64,000 nucleotides of DNA from Spirochaetota bacterium (GCA_029974015.1 JARKUF010000014.1:217-64216), one strand, 5' to 3'; shown: positions 1 through 9,555, counted from the stretch's first letter. The notes: generated from the letters alone by a model not told the origin. Made by a program: numbers and translations.

Positions 1-144
1 CAGCCCAAAAATTTTTTAGGACTTGACTTTTTCTCGTTCTACCGGTAAATATTGTAGGAAATCTTAATGCTTCTTGATCATTCACGATGGAGTGCTAAGA
101 GAATAATAAAACAAAACTGACTTTTCTTTAAATGGCTTGTTCTA

Positions 145-606
145 ATGAAGATATTTCCGATCTGCTCCATCATACTTCTTTTTATTTTTTCTGCCGAAAC
201 ATGTTATCTGCATGCTGAAGTAAAAAAATGCTCCCTTATCATAATAAACCAGCGGGGTGAACGGGTACCTCTTTCGGTGGAAATAGCGCAAAACGAATTT
301 CGTCGCCGCAAGGGGCTAATGTTCCGAAAAAGGCTTCCTATCAATGAAGGAATGCTCTTTGTGTTCGAAACGGAACAACGCCTGAATTTTTGGATGCGTA
401 ACACCTACATCCCCCTGAGCATCGCCTATATAGACGGCTGTGGAGTGGTCCGGGAAATACTGGAGATGTCCCCCCTGGACGATTCCAAAACCTATCCTTC
501 AAAGTATCCCGCTAAATACGCGCTTGAAGTAAACATGGGTTGGTTCGCTTCCCGCGGTATTACTCCGGGGAGCAGGATTATTTTCGATGGATGCATCGGT
601 AAATAG
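145..606 (+). CDS. DUF192 (COG1430-like) secreted protein
   Basis: 153-aa ORF with an N-terminal hydrophobic signal-like segment. The pattern (GMLFVFE...WMRNTYIPLSIAYID...ALEVNMGWF) is typical of the DUF192 family. The 3' end overlaps the hflX ORF by 20 nt. Confidence 0.6.
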   Translation: MKIFPICSIILLFIFSAETCYLHAEVKKCSLIIINQRGERVPLSVEIAQNEFRRRKGLMFRKRLPINEGMLFVFETEQRLNFWMRNTYIPLSIAYIDGCGVVREILEMSPLDDSKTYPSKYPAKYALEVNMGWFASRGITPGSRIIFDGCIGK

Positions 607-1759
607 GATCCCCCCTTCCGATGATGAACGGGCACTCCTGGTGGCCCTCAATACCGCCGATAGCCGGGAGAACGAAGTAAGAGAGTCCCTTCAAGAATTA
701 ACCCTCCTGGTAAAGACCGCCGGCGCCATTGTCGTAGAAACCCGTGTATTTAACAGGCAAGCTTTGGATGCTGCAACTGTCGTGGGGAAAGGGCAGCTTG
801 AAACCATTAAAACGATTGTTCAAGAGAAGGACATCCGTCTCGTTGTTTTCGATATCAACAGCCTGAAACCAAACCAGGTGCGAAATCTTGAAGAGGCCCT
901 CAATTGCCGCGTTCTGGGAAGGACCGAAATCATCCTCGATATTTTCGCCAGAAGGGCGAAAAGCGCCGAGTCCAAAATCCAGGTGGAGCTGGCCCAATTG
1001 CGGTACACTCTGCCGCGCTTAAAAGGGCTTGGAGGCGCGCTTTCCAGGCTTGGAGGCGGCATAGGAACGCGGGGTCCCGGGGAGAAGATGATAGAAACGG
1101 ACCGCCGCCACATCCTTACCCGGATTACCGTTCTCAAAAAAAAGCTCGACCGCATCACGCGCCATCGGAGGCTTGTGCGGAAAGCGAGGTCGCACCAGAT
1201 CATGGGTGCCGTAATCGGGTACACAAATGCGGGGAAGTCAACCCTCATAAACCTCCTTGCCCGAGACGACCTATTCGTAGAAGACCGTCTTTTCGCGACC
1301 CTCGATTCCTACACCAGATCTGTATTTCTCGGGGAAGGGCGCAAAGTCCTTCTTGCCGATACTGTAGGTTTCATTAGAAACCTCCCGCACAACCTTCTTG
1401 AGTCTTTCAACTCCACCATGGAGGAAATCGCGGAAGCAGATTTTCTCATCCATGTGGTGGACGGCAGTTCCTCGGACATCCAGGGCTGTTTAGAAACGGT
1501 AGACCGGGTACTCACCGCACTTGGCGTCCTGCCAAAACACTTGATCACTTTCTTCAACAAAACCGATATCGTTAAAAACCGACACGACCTGGACCGGGCA
1601 ATCCTCGCTCATCCCGGCGCTCGGTGGGGTTCGGCCCGCACTGGTGAGGGAATCGACGAACTGAAGCTTGACCTGGCGTCGCTTCATGACCGCCTGCGAG
1701 GGGAGTTATTCAGGACCGCTCCCGAAAAACGACATGAGCACCCGGAGGCGGCAAGGTGA
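587..1759 (+). CDS. hflX: GTPase HflX
   Basis: 390 aa with an HflX-type N-terminal domain followed by a GTPase domain. G1 motif GYTNAGKST, DTVGF and the NKTD G4 motif are present. The true start may lie slightly downstream of the annotated ATG. Confidence 0.85.
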   Translation: MDASVNRIPPSDDERALLVALNTADSRENEVRESLQELTLLVKTAGAIVVETRVFNRQALDAATVVGKGQLETIKTIVQEKDIRLVVFDINSLKPNQVRNLEEALNCRVLGRTEIILDIFARRAKSAESKIQVELAQLRYTLPRLKGLGGALSRLGGGIGTRGPGEKMIETDRRHILTRITVLKKKLDRITRHRRLVRKARSHQIMGAVIGYTNAGKSTLINLLARDDLFVEDRLFATLDSYTRSVFLGEGRKVLLADTVGFIRNLPHNLLESFNSTMEEIAEADFLIHVVDGSSSDIQGCLETVDRVLTALGVLPKHLITFFNKTDIVKNRHDLDRAILAHPGARWGSARTGEGIDELKLDLASLHDRLRGELFRTAPEKRHEHPEAAR

Positions 1760-1774
1760 AGGGGCCGGGAAACT

Positions 1775-2914
1775 GTGTTAAAGATGGCGCTTCTTTTGTC
1801 CGATTTATGTACCATGAAGAGAAGGAACGCCATTGCAGGCCTGTTTCTTGCTGCGGGTATTCTGTGCCTGCTCAACCTGGACGAGCTTTCAGGGGGGCAG
1901 TCGCGCCCGGCGCTGCAGAGGGACAGGGATTTTGAAAAAATCGAAAATTCCATCATTGTCCACGGCATAACGAAAGAGGAAGTAGAGGAGGAGAGTGCGC
2001 CCGAAGCCGAAGGGGCCGCTCCGGGACGAATCGTCTACGATAATTTTTTTGACGCCCATGGCCCGGAAGAAACTGAAATTGACGCCCATGCCCTCTTCAA
2101 GGCCGAATTCAACCGTTATCGCCGCAAAGACCCGCGCTGGCATCTTTCGAAATACATTATACGAAGAGGCGACAATCTCTGGTCTATCGCTAAGCGCTTC
2201 AATACCGACCACCGTCTAATCATCAAGGCGAATGATATCCGTGACCCCGATATGTTAAAGATGGGAAAGACGATAATGGTCCCCAACCGTGAAGGTGTCC
2301 GTTATCGAATCAAGAAAAACGATACTCTCATGGGCATAGCATCGGCCTTCTCAACGAATGAAGGACGAATTCGCCGACACAATGGGATTTCAGGAAACCG
2401 CATTCTTGCCGGAGCGGACATCTTTATTCCCGACGCGAGGCCCGTTGTAAAGAAATCCGCGCCGCGGGAACAGCCGAAAGCGGTTGAAGCTCGCGCAGCA
2501 GTGGAACATGAGGAAACGCCTCGGCCGCGCCGGATGTTTTTGTGGCCTGTGAAGGGGCGCATCACCTCTTCTTTCGGTAGCAGAATAAGTCCCATTTCAG
2601 GCAGGAGGAGCTTCCATACCGGTATGGATATCGGCTGTTCCATGGATACGCCGGTTAAAGCCGCTTCGGCGGGTAAAGTCATTTTCAGCGGCTGGAAGGA
2701 GATTTTTGGTAACATGGTCATCCTCAAGCATGATCGCGGGTTCATTACGGTCTACGCCCACAACAAGAAGCTTCTCGTCCAGGAGAACGAGAAGGTGAGG
2801 GCAGGGCAGGTCATCGCCCGCTCGGGCACAACAGGAGCGTCAACGGGGCCCCATCTGCATTTCGAAGTGCGAAAACATCTTACGCCACTGAATCCAATCA
2901 GGTTTCTGCGCTGA
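1775..2914 (+). CDS. M23 family metallopeptidase with LysM domains
   Basis: Two LysM-like segments (YIIRRGDNLWSIAKRF; YRIKKNDTLMGIASAF). C-terminal M23 signature HTGMDI ... GTTGASTGPHLHFEV. N-terminal TM/signal segment. Confidence 0.85.
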   Translation: MLKMALLLSDLCTMKRRNAIAGLFLAAGILCLLNLDELSGGQSRPALQRDRDFEKIENSIIVHGITKEEVEEESAPEAEGAAPGRIVYDNFFDAHGPEETEIDAHALFKAEFNRYRRKDPRWHLSKYIIRRGDNLWSIAKRFNTDHRLIIKANDIRDPDMLKMGKTIMVPNREGVRYRIKKNDTLMGIASAFSTNEGRIRRHNGISGNRILAGADIFIPDARPVVKKSAPREQPKAVEARAAVEHEETPRPRRMFLWPVKGRITSSFGSRISPISGRRSFHTGMDIGCSMDTPVKAASAGKVIFSGWKEIFGNMVILKHDRGFITVYAHNKKLLVQENEKVRAGQVIARSGTTGASTGPHLHFEVRKHLTPLNPIRFLR

Positions 2915-2915
2915 C

Positions 2916-3980
2916 ATGGCAACTGTGAAACACTTCATCGGTATTGCGTCGCTCCTCATCTTCGCCATTACTCTGCCATGCGATGGAATACTTGCCATGG
3001 CCCTGAGGGCGCATCGGCCGCAGGAAAAGATAAAGGTGTTTTACACTGAAAGCGACAGCAGTGGATGGACCGCCGTTCCCCGCGGCGAGGTGCACTCTAT
3101 CGGCGTTCGCGAGGACGCGCATAGCCAGGAACTCATGAAGTTTGCCCAGAGCAATAGCCGCGCCACAGTGCGGCTTTACAGCTCCGAAGGACTCAGGAAA
3201 GGCGATGAGCTCTTCGTGGTGAATGCGAGGAATCTGGTGGTCGCCAGGATAGACGTGAAGCTCATTTATCAAGACCATTCCTTTGGACCCATGCTCATCG
3301 GCTACGGGAACTTCAGGTATGCCGGTGTTGGATTCAAAGTGGTCCAAAAAGTGGACGATGCCTATTCAAAGTACGCCTACATCTACAAAGCGCGTGGCGA
3401 TTACTTTAAAAGGAACGGGGAATACGCGAAAGCCATTGAATTATACAAGAAGTCGATAGAGATGGACAGGCGATATCCAGAGGCCCATTCCGCACTTGGA
3501 TATCTGTACCTGCGCGATGAGATGATGCCCTTCGCGATGAAGGAGTTTTCCGAAGCCTACCGTGAAATAGACAGAATCTACGATAACGAGGAGAAATACA
3601 TGCTTCTCAAAGGGCTGACGACGACCAGGTACAGAATGGCCTATGAATATACAATACCGGCCGCAGACCGAAAAAAATACATCTCCGAGGGAATTAAGTA
3701 CGCCGAAGAGGCCCTGAAAATTTTTCCCGGGTCCCGGGACATGAACCTCTACCTGGGCATCTTTTACTATAGGGGACCTGAGCCTCAGGACGTGAAGGCA
3801 AAAAACCAGTTTCAGAAACTCTTAGAAATCGACCCTCTCAATGCCACGGCCTGCCTGGCCCTTGCGGAACTCTACAGGAAGCACGACAATCCACAGAAGG
3901 CCCGAATGTATGCCCGTAAGGCCCTGGAAGCCCGCCCCGACAGCGTAGAAGCCCGCCGTCTGCTCGATAGCTTACAGTAG
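2916..3980 (+). CDS. TPR repeat protein with signal peptide
   Basis: ATG overlaps the upstream stop (TGAcATG). C-terminal half has TPR-like repeats (YKARGDYFKRNGEYAKAIELYKKSIEMD..., ALAELYRKHDNPQKARMYARKALE). Confidence 0.7.
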   Translation: MATVKHFIGIASLLIFAITLPCDGILAMALRAHRPQEKIKVFYTESDSSGWTAVPRGEVHSIGVREDAHSQELMKFAQSNSRATVRLYSSEGLRKGDELFVVNARNLVVARIDVKLIYQDHSFGPMLIGYGNFRYAGVGFKVVQKVDDAYSKYAYIYKARGDYFKRNGEYAKAIELYKKSIEMDRRYPEAHSALGYLYLRDEMMPFAMKEFSEAYREIDRIYDNEEKYMLLKGLTTTRYRMAYEYTIPAADRKKYISEGIKYAEEALKIFPGSRDMNLYLGIFYYRGPEPQDVKAKNQFQKLLEIDPLNATACLALAELYRKHDNPQKARMYARKALEARPDSVEARRLLDSLQ

Positions 3981-4035
3981 GCAGCTCTCGACATTAAGTT
4001 TACCGGAAATTCTTAATACTGACAAACTCAGAACT

Positions 4036-4110
4036 GGCAACCTCTAATAATTGCGATTTCCTGCCTGCTTTCGTCCGGCTGGAAATCCTGAGTTCGGAAT
4101 ATGCCGATAT
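4036..4110. repeat. Intergenic modular hairpin repeat (copy R1, inverted orientation)
   Basis: ggcaacctctaataatt + degenerate GC hairpin + cctgagttcggaatatgccga. This is the reverse complement of the 'tcggcatactcagga ... aattattagaggttgcc' unit seen at other loci. Confidence 0.75.
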
Positions 4111-4409
4111 CTAGTTTATATACATGGAACATACAACTTCCGATAATATATATTATGTCGCATAAGAAAAAGTATCTCTAAAACTCCCTGCACTTAATTT
4201 AAACCCGCTTTGCCGTCGTTCTGTAAAACCTGATAATGCTGTGCCCTGCGATATTGGCAGGTTTTAAGCTGTCTTTAATATGACTCTGTGCCTGCCCACC
4301 TCCATCCCCTGACGGGCCCCTCCCGCTATTTTGGCTATCGGCGCTAAAAAAAGATCTTGCAAAAAAACCGTAGTACTATACATTTGTATTGTAAAAGCAG
4401 TCTCAAATA

Positions 4410-4600
4410 ATCAGGTTGGGAAAACCTGGATCCTGAGTATGCCAGTATTTACATTTTATGGAAACTTTAAAAATTTAAGGCAGCCATAAAAATTGCGATT
4501 TCCCGCCCGCCTTCGGCGGGCGGGAAATCGCAATTCCTGAGTGTGGCCTCACATGAGTTTTTGTGACTGTCCTTAATTTTTAGAGGTTCCCTGGGTTAAC
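4410..4600. repeat. Intergenic modular hairpin repeat cluster (copy R2)
   Basis: Contains a perfect 21-bp-arm hairpin at 4491-4535 (aattgcgatttcccgcccgcc TTCG ggcgggcgggaaatcgcaatt). Also contains 'atcctgagtatgccagt' and 'cacatgagtttttgtgactgtccttaatttttagaggttccc' modules shared with loci at 14.4 kb and 43.0 kb. Confidence 0.85.
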
Positions 4601-4617
4601 CTGGAGGCCTTTTTGCG

Positions 4618-5058
4618 ATGCACGAACGCGATACCATGCCGACCGCCATGTATGGGTTTCAACGCACCGGATGGATGGAGCTTCCTTTTCTTCTGGCCTC
4701 CATCCCCGCGGGGTTTCCTTCCCCGGCCGACGACTACATCGACCGAAAGCTCGACTTAAACGAGCTTCTGGTCCGGCATCCGGCGGCCACCTTCTTCGTT
4801 CGCGTCGTCGGCGACTCCATGACGGGCGCGGGAATCCGCTCCGGAGACATTCTTGTGGTGGACCGGGCCCTTGCGCCGGAGAACAACCGCATCGTCATCG
4901 CCGCCCTCAATGGGGAGCTCACGGTGAAACGCCTCAGGAAACAGAGTGGCCGGATTTTCCTGGTCCCGGAGAACGGCGAGTATGAGGCGATGGAGGTGAC
5001 GCAGGAGATGCAGTTCGAGATATGGGGCGTCGTGGCCCATGTAATCCATTCTCTCTGA
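4618..5058 (+). CDS. umuD: LexA/UmuD-like S24 peptidase (translesion polymerase accessory subunit)
   Basis: 146 aa. S24 fold motifs VGDSMTGAGIRSGDILVVDR and Lys-containing GELTVKRL. Immediately upstream of a Y-family polymerase gene, 7 nt apart. Confidence 0.8.
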   Translation: MHERDTMPTAMYGFQRTGWMELPFLLASIPAGFPSPADDYIDRKLDLNELLVRHPAATFFVRVVGDSMTGAGIRSGDILVVDRALAPENNRIVIAALNGELTVKRLRKQSGRIFLVPENGEYEAMEVTQEMQFEIWGVVAHVIHSL

Positions 5059-5064
5059 GGCCCC

Positions 5065-6330
5065 ATGTTCGCCCTTGTGGACTGCAATAATTTCTACGTC
5101 TCCTGCGAGCGGGTTTTTATGCCCTCCCTGGAAGGAAGGCCCGTGGTGGTGCTTTCAAACAATGATGGAAACGTCGTGGCCCGCTCCAATGAGGTGAAAG
5201 CCCTGGGGCTGGAGTTCGGCGCCCCCTATCATAAATGCAGGGATTTCATAGCCCGTTACGGCGTGCAGGTTTTTTCTTCCAATTACGCGCTCTATGGGGA
5301 CCTGTCCCTTCGCGTTATGGAAACCCTCGCCCGCTTCTCGCCATCCATGGAAATCTACTCCATCGACGAGGCCTTCCTGCACCTCCCCTCGTCCCGGCGC
5401 TTCGACATCATGGAATGGGGCTCCCGGATCAGGGCCACGGTGCGGCAGTGGACCGGCATTCCCGTTTCCATAGGCATCGGCCCCACAAAGACCCTGGCAA
5501 AGTTGGCCAACCGCCTGGCGAAAAAGCGCTTCCCTGACCGGGGTGTCTTCGATATCAGCGGCTGTACGGACATGGATGACCTTCTGGAAAGCGTGTTCGT
5601 CGGGGACATCTGGGGGATCGGGCACAGCTACTCGGCCATGCTCGCCCGCCATGGCGTAACCAACGCGAGGCAGTTTCGTGGCCTTCCGGACCACTGGATA
5701 AAAAAGCGGATGACCGTCACGGGCCTGCGTACGGCCTGGGAACTCAGGGGGCGCCCCTGCCTCGACCTGGAGGAAATGGCGCCGCCCCGGAAAGGCATCG
5801 TGAGCTCACGTTCTTTCGGTAGGCCCGTGGAATCCCTGGGGGAGCTCAGGGAAGCCCTGGCCTCCTATGTGGGGCGCGCCGCCGCAAAGCTACGCCGCCA
5901 GGGCTCCGCAGCCTCCTTTCTGGGGGTTTTTCTGGCCACCAACCGGTTCAAGGCGGAACCCCAGTATTCCAACTTCACTGCGGTTCGCCTTCCCGTTCCC
6001 TCCTCATACACTCCGGAGCTTCTGGTCCCCGCCCTGGCCTGCCTGGAATCGATATACCGCCCCGGTTTCCGCTACAAAAAAACCGGGATAATGCTCTCGG
6101 AGATCGTGGCGGAGTGCGACGCTGTGCGGAGCCTCTTCGAGGACCAGGGGGCTTCGGGACGCAAACGGCGCCTCTCCGAGACCGTGGACCGGATCAACGG
6201 CCGACTCGGCGCGGGGCGGCTCTTCTATGCCGCCGAGGGCATGGGGAAATCCTGGCAGATGCGCCGCTCCCTTCTTTCGCCTGCCTACACAACGAGATGG
6301 AGCGAAATTCCCGTGGTAAAGGCGCTGTGA
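5065..6330 (+). CDS. umuC: Y-family DNA polymerase (UmuC/DinB-like)
   Basis: 421 aa. N-terminus [18 protein letters not shown] and [18 protein letters not shown] match the UmuC/DinB palm domain. Adjacent to the umuD-like gene. Confidence 0.85.
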   Translation: MFALVDCNNFYVSCERVFMPSLEGRPVVVLSNNDGNVVARSNEVKALGLEFGAPYHKCRDFIARYGVQVFSSNYALYGDLSLRVMETLARFSPSMEIYSIDEAFLHLPSSRRFDIMEWGSRIRATVRQWTGIPVSIGIGPTKTLAKLANRLAKKRFPDRGVFDISGCTDMDDLLESVFVGDIWGIGHSYSAMLARHGVTNARQFRGLPDHWIKKRMTVTGLRTAWELRGRPCLDLEEMAPPRKGIVSSRSFGRPVESLGELREALASYVGRAAAKLRRQGSAASFLGVFLATNRFKAEPQYSNFTAVRLPVPSSYTPELLVPALACLESIYRPGFRYKKTGIMLSEIVAECDAVRSLFEDQGASGRKRRLSETVDRINGRLGAGRLFYAAEGMGKSWQMRRSLLSPAYTTRWSEIPVVKAL

Positions 6331-6381
6331 GCTTTAAAATTATACTTGCTCCTCTGGCAGTTTTCCCAATAAGTTACGGGA

Positions 6382-6939
6382 ATGCGCACCCGGCAAAATG
6401 AACATGAAAGAGTACCGAACGAGATGGAATGCCGTAAACTCATGGAAGAATACGGCATGCTCCCGAACATCGTGGCGCATTCACTTCAGGTGATGAAGGT
6501 GGCCCTGGCCATCGTTGATGGTCTCGTCAATCCCAAAGCCGTTGACAGAGGCCTCATTATAGCCGGGGCGCTTCTCCACGACATTACCAAGACCCGCTCC
6601 CTCGAAACGAAGGAGCGCCACGACGTGACCGGTGCGGAACTCCTCCGGTCCCTGGGCCTGCCCTCTCTGGCCTGCATAGTGGAGCAACATGTTTTCTTCA
6701 CGGATTTCGATCCCGATGGCCCTCTGGAGGAGCGCGAGGTCGTCTACTACGCCGACAAGCGCGTCATGCACGAACGTATCGTGTCCGTGGACCGGCGCGT
6801 GGAGGACCTCCTGGAACGATACGGGACCACGCCCGAACGCCGGGAGAGCATCATCAAAAATAAGGCTTTAGTACTCCGCATCGAAAGAAAAATTAATAGC
6901 TTTCTGAGGGTCGATATCGCCCGCATAGCGGGTGAATAA
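6382..6939 (+). CDS. HD domain phosphohydrolase
   Basis: 185 aa with H...HD motif (AHSLQVMKVA...LLHDITK). Confidence 0.7.
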   Translation: MRTRQNEHERVPNEMECRKLMEEYGMLPNIVAHSLQVMKVALAIVDGLVNPKAVDRGLIIAGALLHDITKTRSLETKERHDVTGAELLRSLGLPSLACIVEQHVFFTDFDPDGPLEEREVVYYADKRVMHERIVSVDRRVEDLLERYGTTPERRESIIKNKALVLRIERKINSFLRVDIARIAGE

Positions 6940-6965
6940 AGGACCTCCCGGAGGGAAACTCGCCA

Positions 6966-7289
6966 CTAATATTTTTTTCTTTCCTTGTCGTGGTTGAGAC
7001 GGTTCATGATGAAAACCGCGATATAGCCGCCCACGAAACCGGCGATGATGTTCACACCGGCGTCCCTGGCGAGAAACGAGAGGATTTTTACAGTGATGTC
7101 GTAGAGGAACTTGTCAAGGATAAAGGCCCCGATGAGGGCCCCGATGACGCCGACTACGAACCCGCCGATATATCCACCGAAGAGGTCCCTCTTTTTATAG
7201 TAATAGAATATCCATGCAACGGCGGCGCCGATGATGAGGATGATGAAAATCGATTTTATCAATACCCACAATTCCTGAAGTCCGCCCAT
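6966..7289 (-). CDS. GlsB/YeaQ/YmgE (transglycosylase-associated) family membrane protein
   Basis: 107 aa with glycine-zipper TM helices (GGYIGGFVVGVIGALIGAFIL). Preferred over the overlapping + strand ORF 6990..7304, which is low-complexity and acidic. Confidence 0.7.
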   Translation of the reverse strand: MGGLQELWVLIKSIFIILIIGAAVAWIFYYYKKRDLFGGYIGGFVVGVIGALIGAFILDKFLYDITVKILSFLARDAGVNIIAGFVGGYIAVFIMNRLNHDKERKKY

Positions 7290-7336
7290 AACACACCTCG
7301 CTAAAATAATTCATCGATGGGGGCCTGTGCCGTTTT

Positions 7337-7948
7337 TCACAGGAAAAAAAGCTCGCCCTTCCCTTCCCGGATGATTTTCATCTCGTCGCCCGAAAAATCC
7401 AGGATTGTTGAAGGATCGGAAATTTTTGGCCCGCAGTCGATTATTATGTCAACTTCATTTTTGTGCCGCTTTTCCAGGTCGCTCGGCTCAATGACATAGG
7501 CACCGTCGGCGGCGCTTACGCCGGCGGAGAGGATGGGCCTTCCCAGGGAGTTTACCAGGGCCAGGGGAATCCGGTGGTCCGGAATTCGCACGCCGATGGT
7601 CTTCTGGTTGGTTATGGCTATTTTTGGGACGAGCCTGGAGGCCTTGAAAATGAAAGTGTACGGCCCGGGAAACGCCTTTTTCATGATTTTAAATGCGGCG
7701 TCGGAAATATTCCTGACATATTCATGAAGCTGGCTGATGTCCGAAAAAATAAAGCTTAAAGGCTTGTTTCGAGGAATTTTTTTGATGGAATAAATTCGTT
7801 CGATGGCATGGCGCTCCTTGATGTCACAGCCATAGGCATATACCGTGTCCGTAGGATACACGACGACTCCGCCTTCCGACAGAACGCCCGATACTCGTTT
7901 AATGAGCCTTTCCTGCGGGTTGCGTTCATTTATTTCAAATACTTTCAT
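7337..7948 (-). CDS. tsaC: L-threonylcarbamoyladenylate synthase (YrdC/TsaC family)
   Basis: 203 aa. YrdC-domain signature VVVYPTDTVYAYGCD and RIYSIKKIPRNKPLSF. Confidence 0.85.
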   Translation of the reverse strand: MKVFEINERNPQERLIKRVSGVLSEGGVVVYPTDTVYAYGCDIKERHAIERIYSIKKIPRNKPLSFIFSDISQLHEYVRNISDAAFKIMKKAFPGPYTFIFKASRLVPKIAITNQKTIGVRIPDHRIPLALVNSLGRPILSAGVSAADGAYVIEPSDLEKRHKNEVDIIIDCGPKISDPSTILDFSGDEMKIIREGKGELFFL

Positions 7949-7999
7949 AAGTTTGCTTTTATAGAGGACATCGCCCTATTCTATAATCGGATTATAAAA

Positions 8000-8195
8000 G
8001 GGAAGCTCTAAAAATTAAATTTTTGAATTCCCCATAATTTGTTACTGCTGGCATGCTCTGGGCTTAAGTTTACCCGCCCGCCGCGAGCGGGTAAACCTAA
8101 TTTTTAGAGGTTGCCAAATGTAACTTATAACAGGCTAAGCGCTTAAATTTTTTCCTTCCGCCTTCGGCGGTCGGAAAATTGGAGTACCGGAGCTT
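8000..8195. repeat. Intergenic modular hairpin repeat cluster (copy R3)
   Basis: Palindromic AT-cored module gggaagctctaaaaattaaatttttgaattcccc. Then ttgttactgctggcatgctctggg, hairpin gtttacccgcccgccgcgagcgggtaaac and tail taatttttagaggttgcc. A second hairpin tttccttccgccTTCGgcggtcggaaaa follows. Confidence 0.85.
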
Positions 8196-8498
8196 CCATT
8201 CCCCGGCGAAAATAGAGTAAAAAAAAGGCTTTTGCAAGAGTGTCCCTTGCAAAAGCCTTCAACCTGGTAATGTAACAATAGGAGTGCCGGCGATATATGC
8301 AATTAATCGGTTTTTAACGAGTTTGTCTTAACAGTTTTTTACCTCCAAAATCTAACTTTTTGTGAAAAATGGACCGAATGATTCAATCCTTCTAAATTCT
8401 CTTCTGGTAAAAATATCTCCACCGTTTTCCACCAGCCGAAAACTGGCGGGAAAGTATCAGGAGAGAAAGCCTTCCTATAAATTCAGCTTTACAATCGT

Positions 8499-9368
8499 TT
8501 GCGGCAGATATGGAATGGCAAATCCTGCGCCCCATTAAGGCGCTCATTGCCATTATTAGTGCCATCTATGAGCAATTCCAAACCAATGTACGCAAATGAC
8601 GCACCCTTGCCTCCCTTCCGCGGTTTCAGAGCTTGGGAATATTCCGATGGGGTGTTCTCCGAGGTCGAGGTGAACCTGAGCATGGAGCATTCCCTTACTC
8701 TCTCCCTCAATGGAACCCCTTACATCACTATCGCCTGTTCCGGATCGGACATGAGAGAGATGGCGGCGGGCCATCTTCTCACCGAGGGAATCATCTCGAA
8801 TCCGGGAGATATCCTTTCAATGACGTTTGACGGGGATTCCATGACCCTCAATGTGGAAATTGGGCGGAACGATGGCATGCTGGAATGTATTCGCAATAAC
8901 CGCAGATTTCCCCGGGAATCCTCTTCTGGAGGAGAAGTGGTTCGGCAACCTTCGGGACGCACCTCAATTGCGGCTCGAACGGTCCTTCCCATGATGAATG
9001 AATTTCTTCAACACTCTCCCCTGCACCACCTTACCCATGGAGTCCACAGCGCCGCCCTTTTTACCGCGGAGGGGAAACGCCTTTCATTTTTTGATGAGAT
9101 AGGGCGCCACAATGCCATCGACAAGGTCCTGGGACATGCCCTCCTCAACGGCATCGATCTTTCGGACAAGGTCGCGGCAACAACGGGTCGGGTGGCAAGT
9201 GAAATCATAATAAAGTTCATACGCGCTTCGGTCCCAATTGTCGTTTCCCGTGCTGTTCCAACAAGCCTGAGCCTCGAACTGGCAATACGGCATGGCATCG
9301 TGCTGGTAGGCAGAGCGCGGGAATCATCATTCACTGTGTTCAACGGAAAGTGGGCGCTCACGCCATGA
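8499..9368 (+). CDS. fdhD: Formate dehydrogenase accessory sulfurtransferase FdhD
   Basis: 289 aa. FdhD signature IACSGSDMREMAAGHLLTEG and C-terminal GRARESSFTV. The true start may be the internal Met at about 8568. Confidence 0.8.
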   Translation: MRQIWNGKSCAPLRRSLPLLVPSMSNSKPMYANDAPLPPFRGFRAWEYSDGVFSEVEVNLSMEHSLTLSLNGTPYITIACSGSDMREMAAGHLLTEGIISNPGDILSMTFDGDSMTLNVEIGRNDGMLECIRNNRRFPRESSSGGEVVRQPSGRTSIAARTVLPMMNEFLQHSPLHHLTHGVHSAALFTAEGKRLSFFDEIGRHNAIDKVLGHALLNGIDLSDKVAATTGRVASEIIIKFIRASVPIVVSRAVPTSLSLELAIRHGIVLVGRARESSFTVFNGKWALTP

Positions 9369-9445
9369 TTTGCAGAGCTTGTGGACAGGGTACGATCTTC
9401 ATTTTTTTGCTGGAACCGATGAAATAAGGTATATTATTGAAGTAT

Positions 9446-9555
9446 GGGAACCTCTTAAAAAATAAATTTTTGGGGTTCCCATAAATTGTTACTGCCGGCA
9501 TACTCAGGATTTGGGTTTTCCCGCCGGCGGGAAAACCCAATTATTAGAGGTTGCC
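9446..9555. repeat. Intergenic modular hairpin repeat (copy R4, complete exemplar)
   Basis: gggaacctcttaaaaaataaatttttggggttccc (palindrome) + ataaattgttactgccggcatactcaggat + gggttttcccgccggcgggaaaaccc (hairpin) + aattattagaggttgcc. Ends 43 nt before the relA ATG. Confidence 0.9.

Noticed and set aside
820-1377. Long antisense/alternate-frame ORFs inside hflX (820..1248 -, 904..1377 +)
   Set aside because: Arg/Pro/Ser-rich low-complexity translations typical of shadow ORFs in GC-rich coding DNA. hflX on the + strand has clear GTPase motifs.
4671-5694. Overlapping ORFs within the umuD/umuC region (4671..4985 +, 4734..5087 -, 4756..5049 -, 5155..5694 -, 5235..5537 +)
   Set aside because: Frames inside well-supported S24 peptidase and Y-family polymerase genes. 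Their compositions are Arg/Gly/Pro-biased and show no family signatures.
6990-7304. + strand ORF overlapping the YeaQ/YmgE-like gene
   Set aside because: The translation is highly acidic and low-complexity. The minus-strand frame gives a recognisable glycine-zipper membrane protein.
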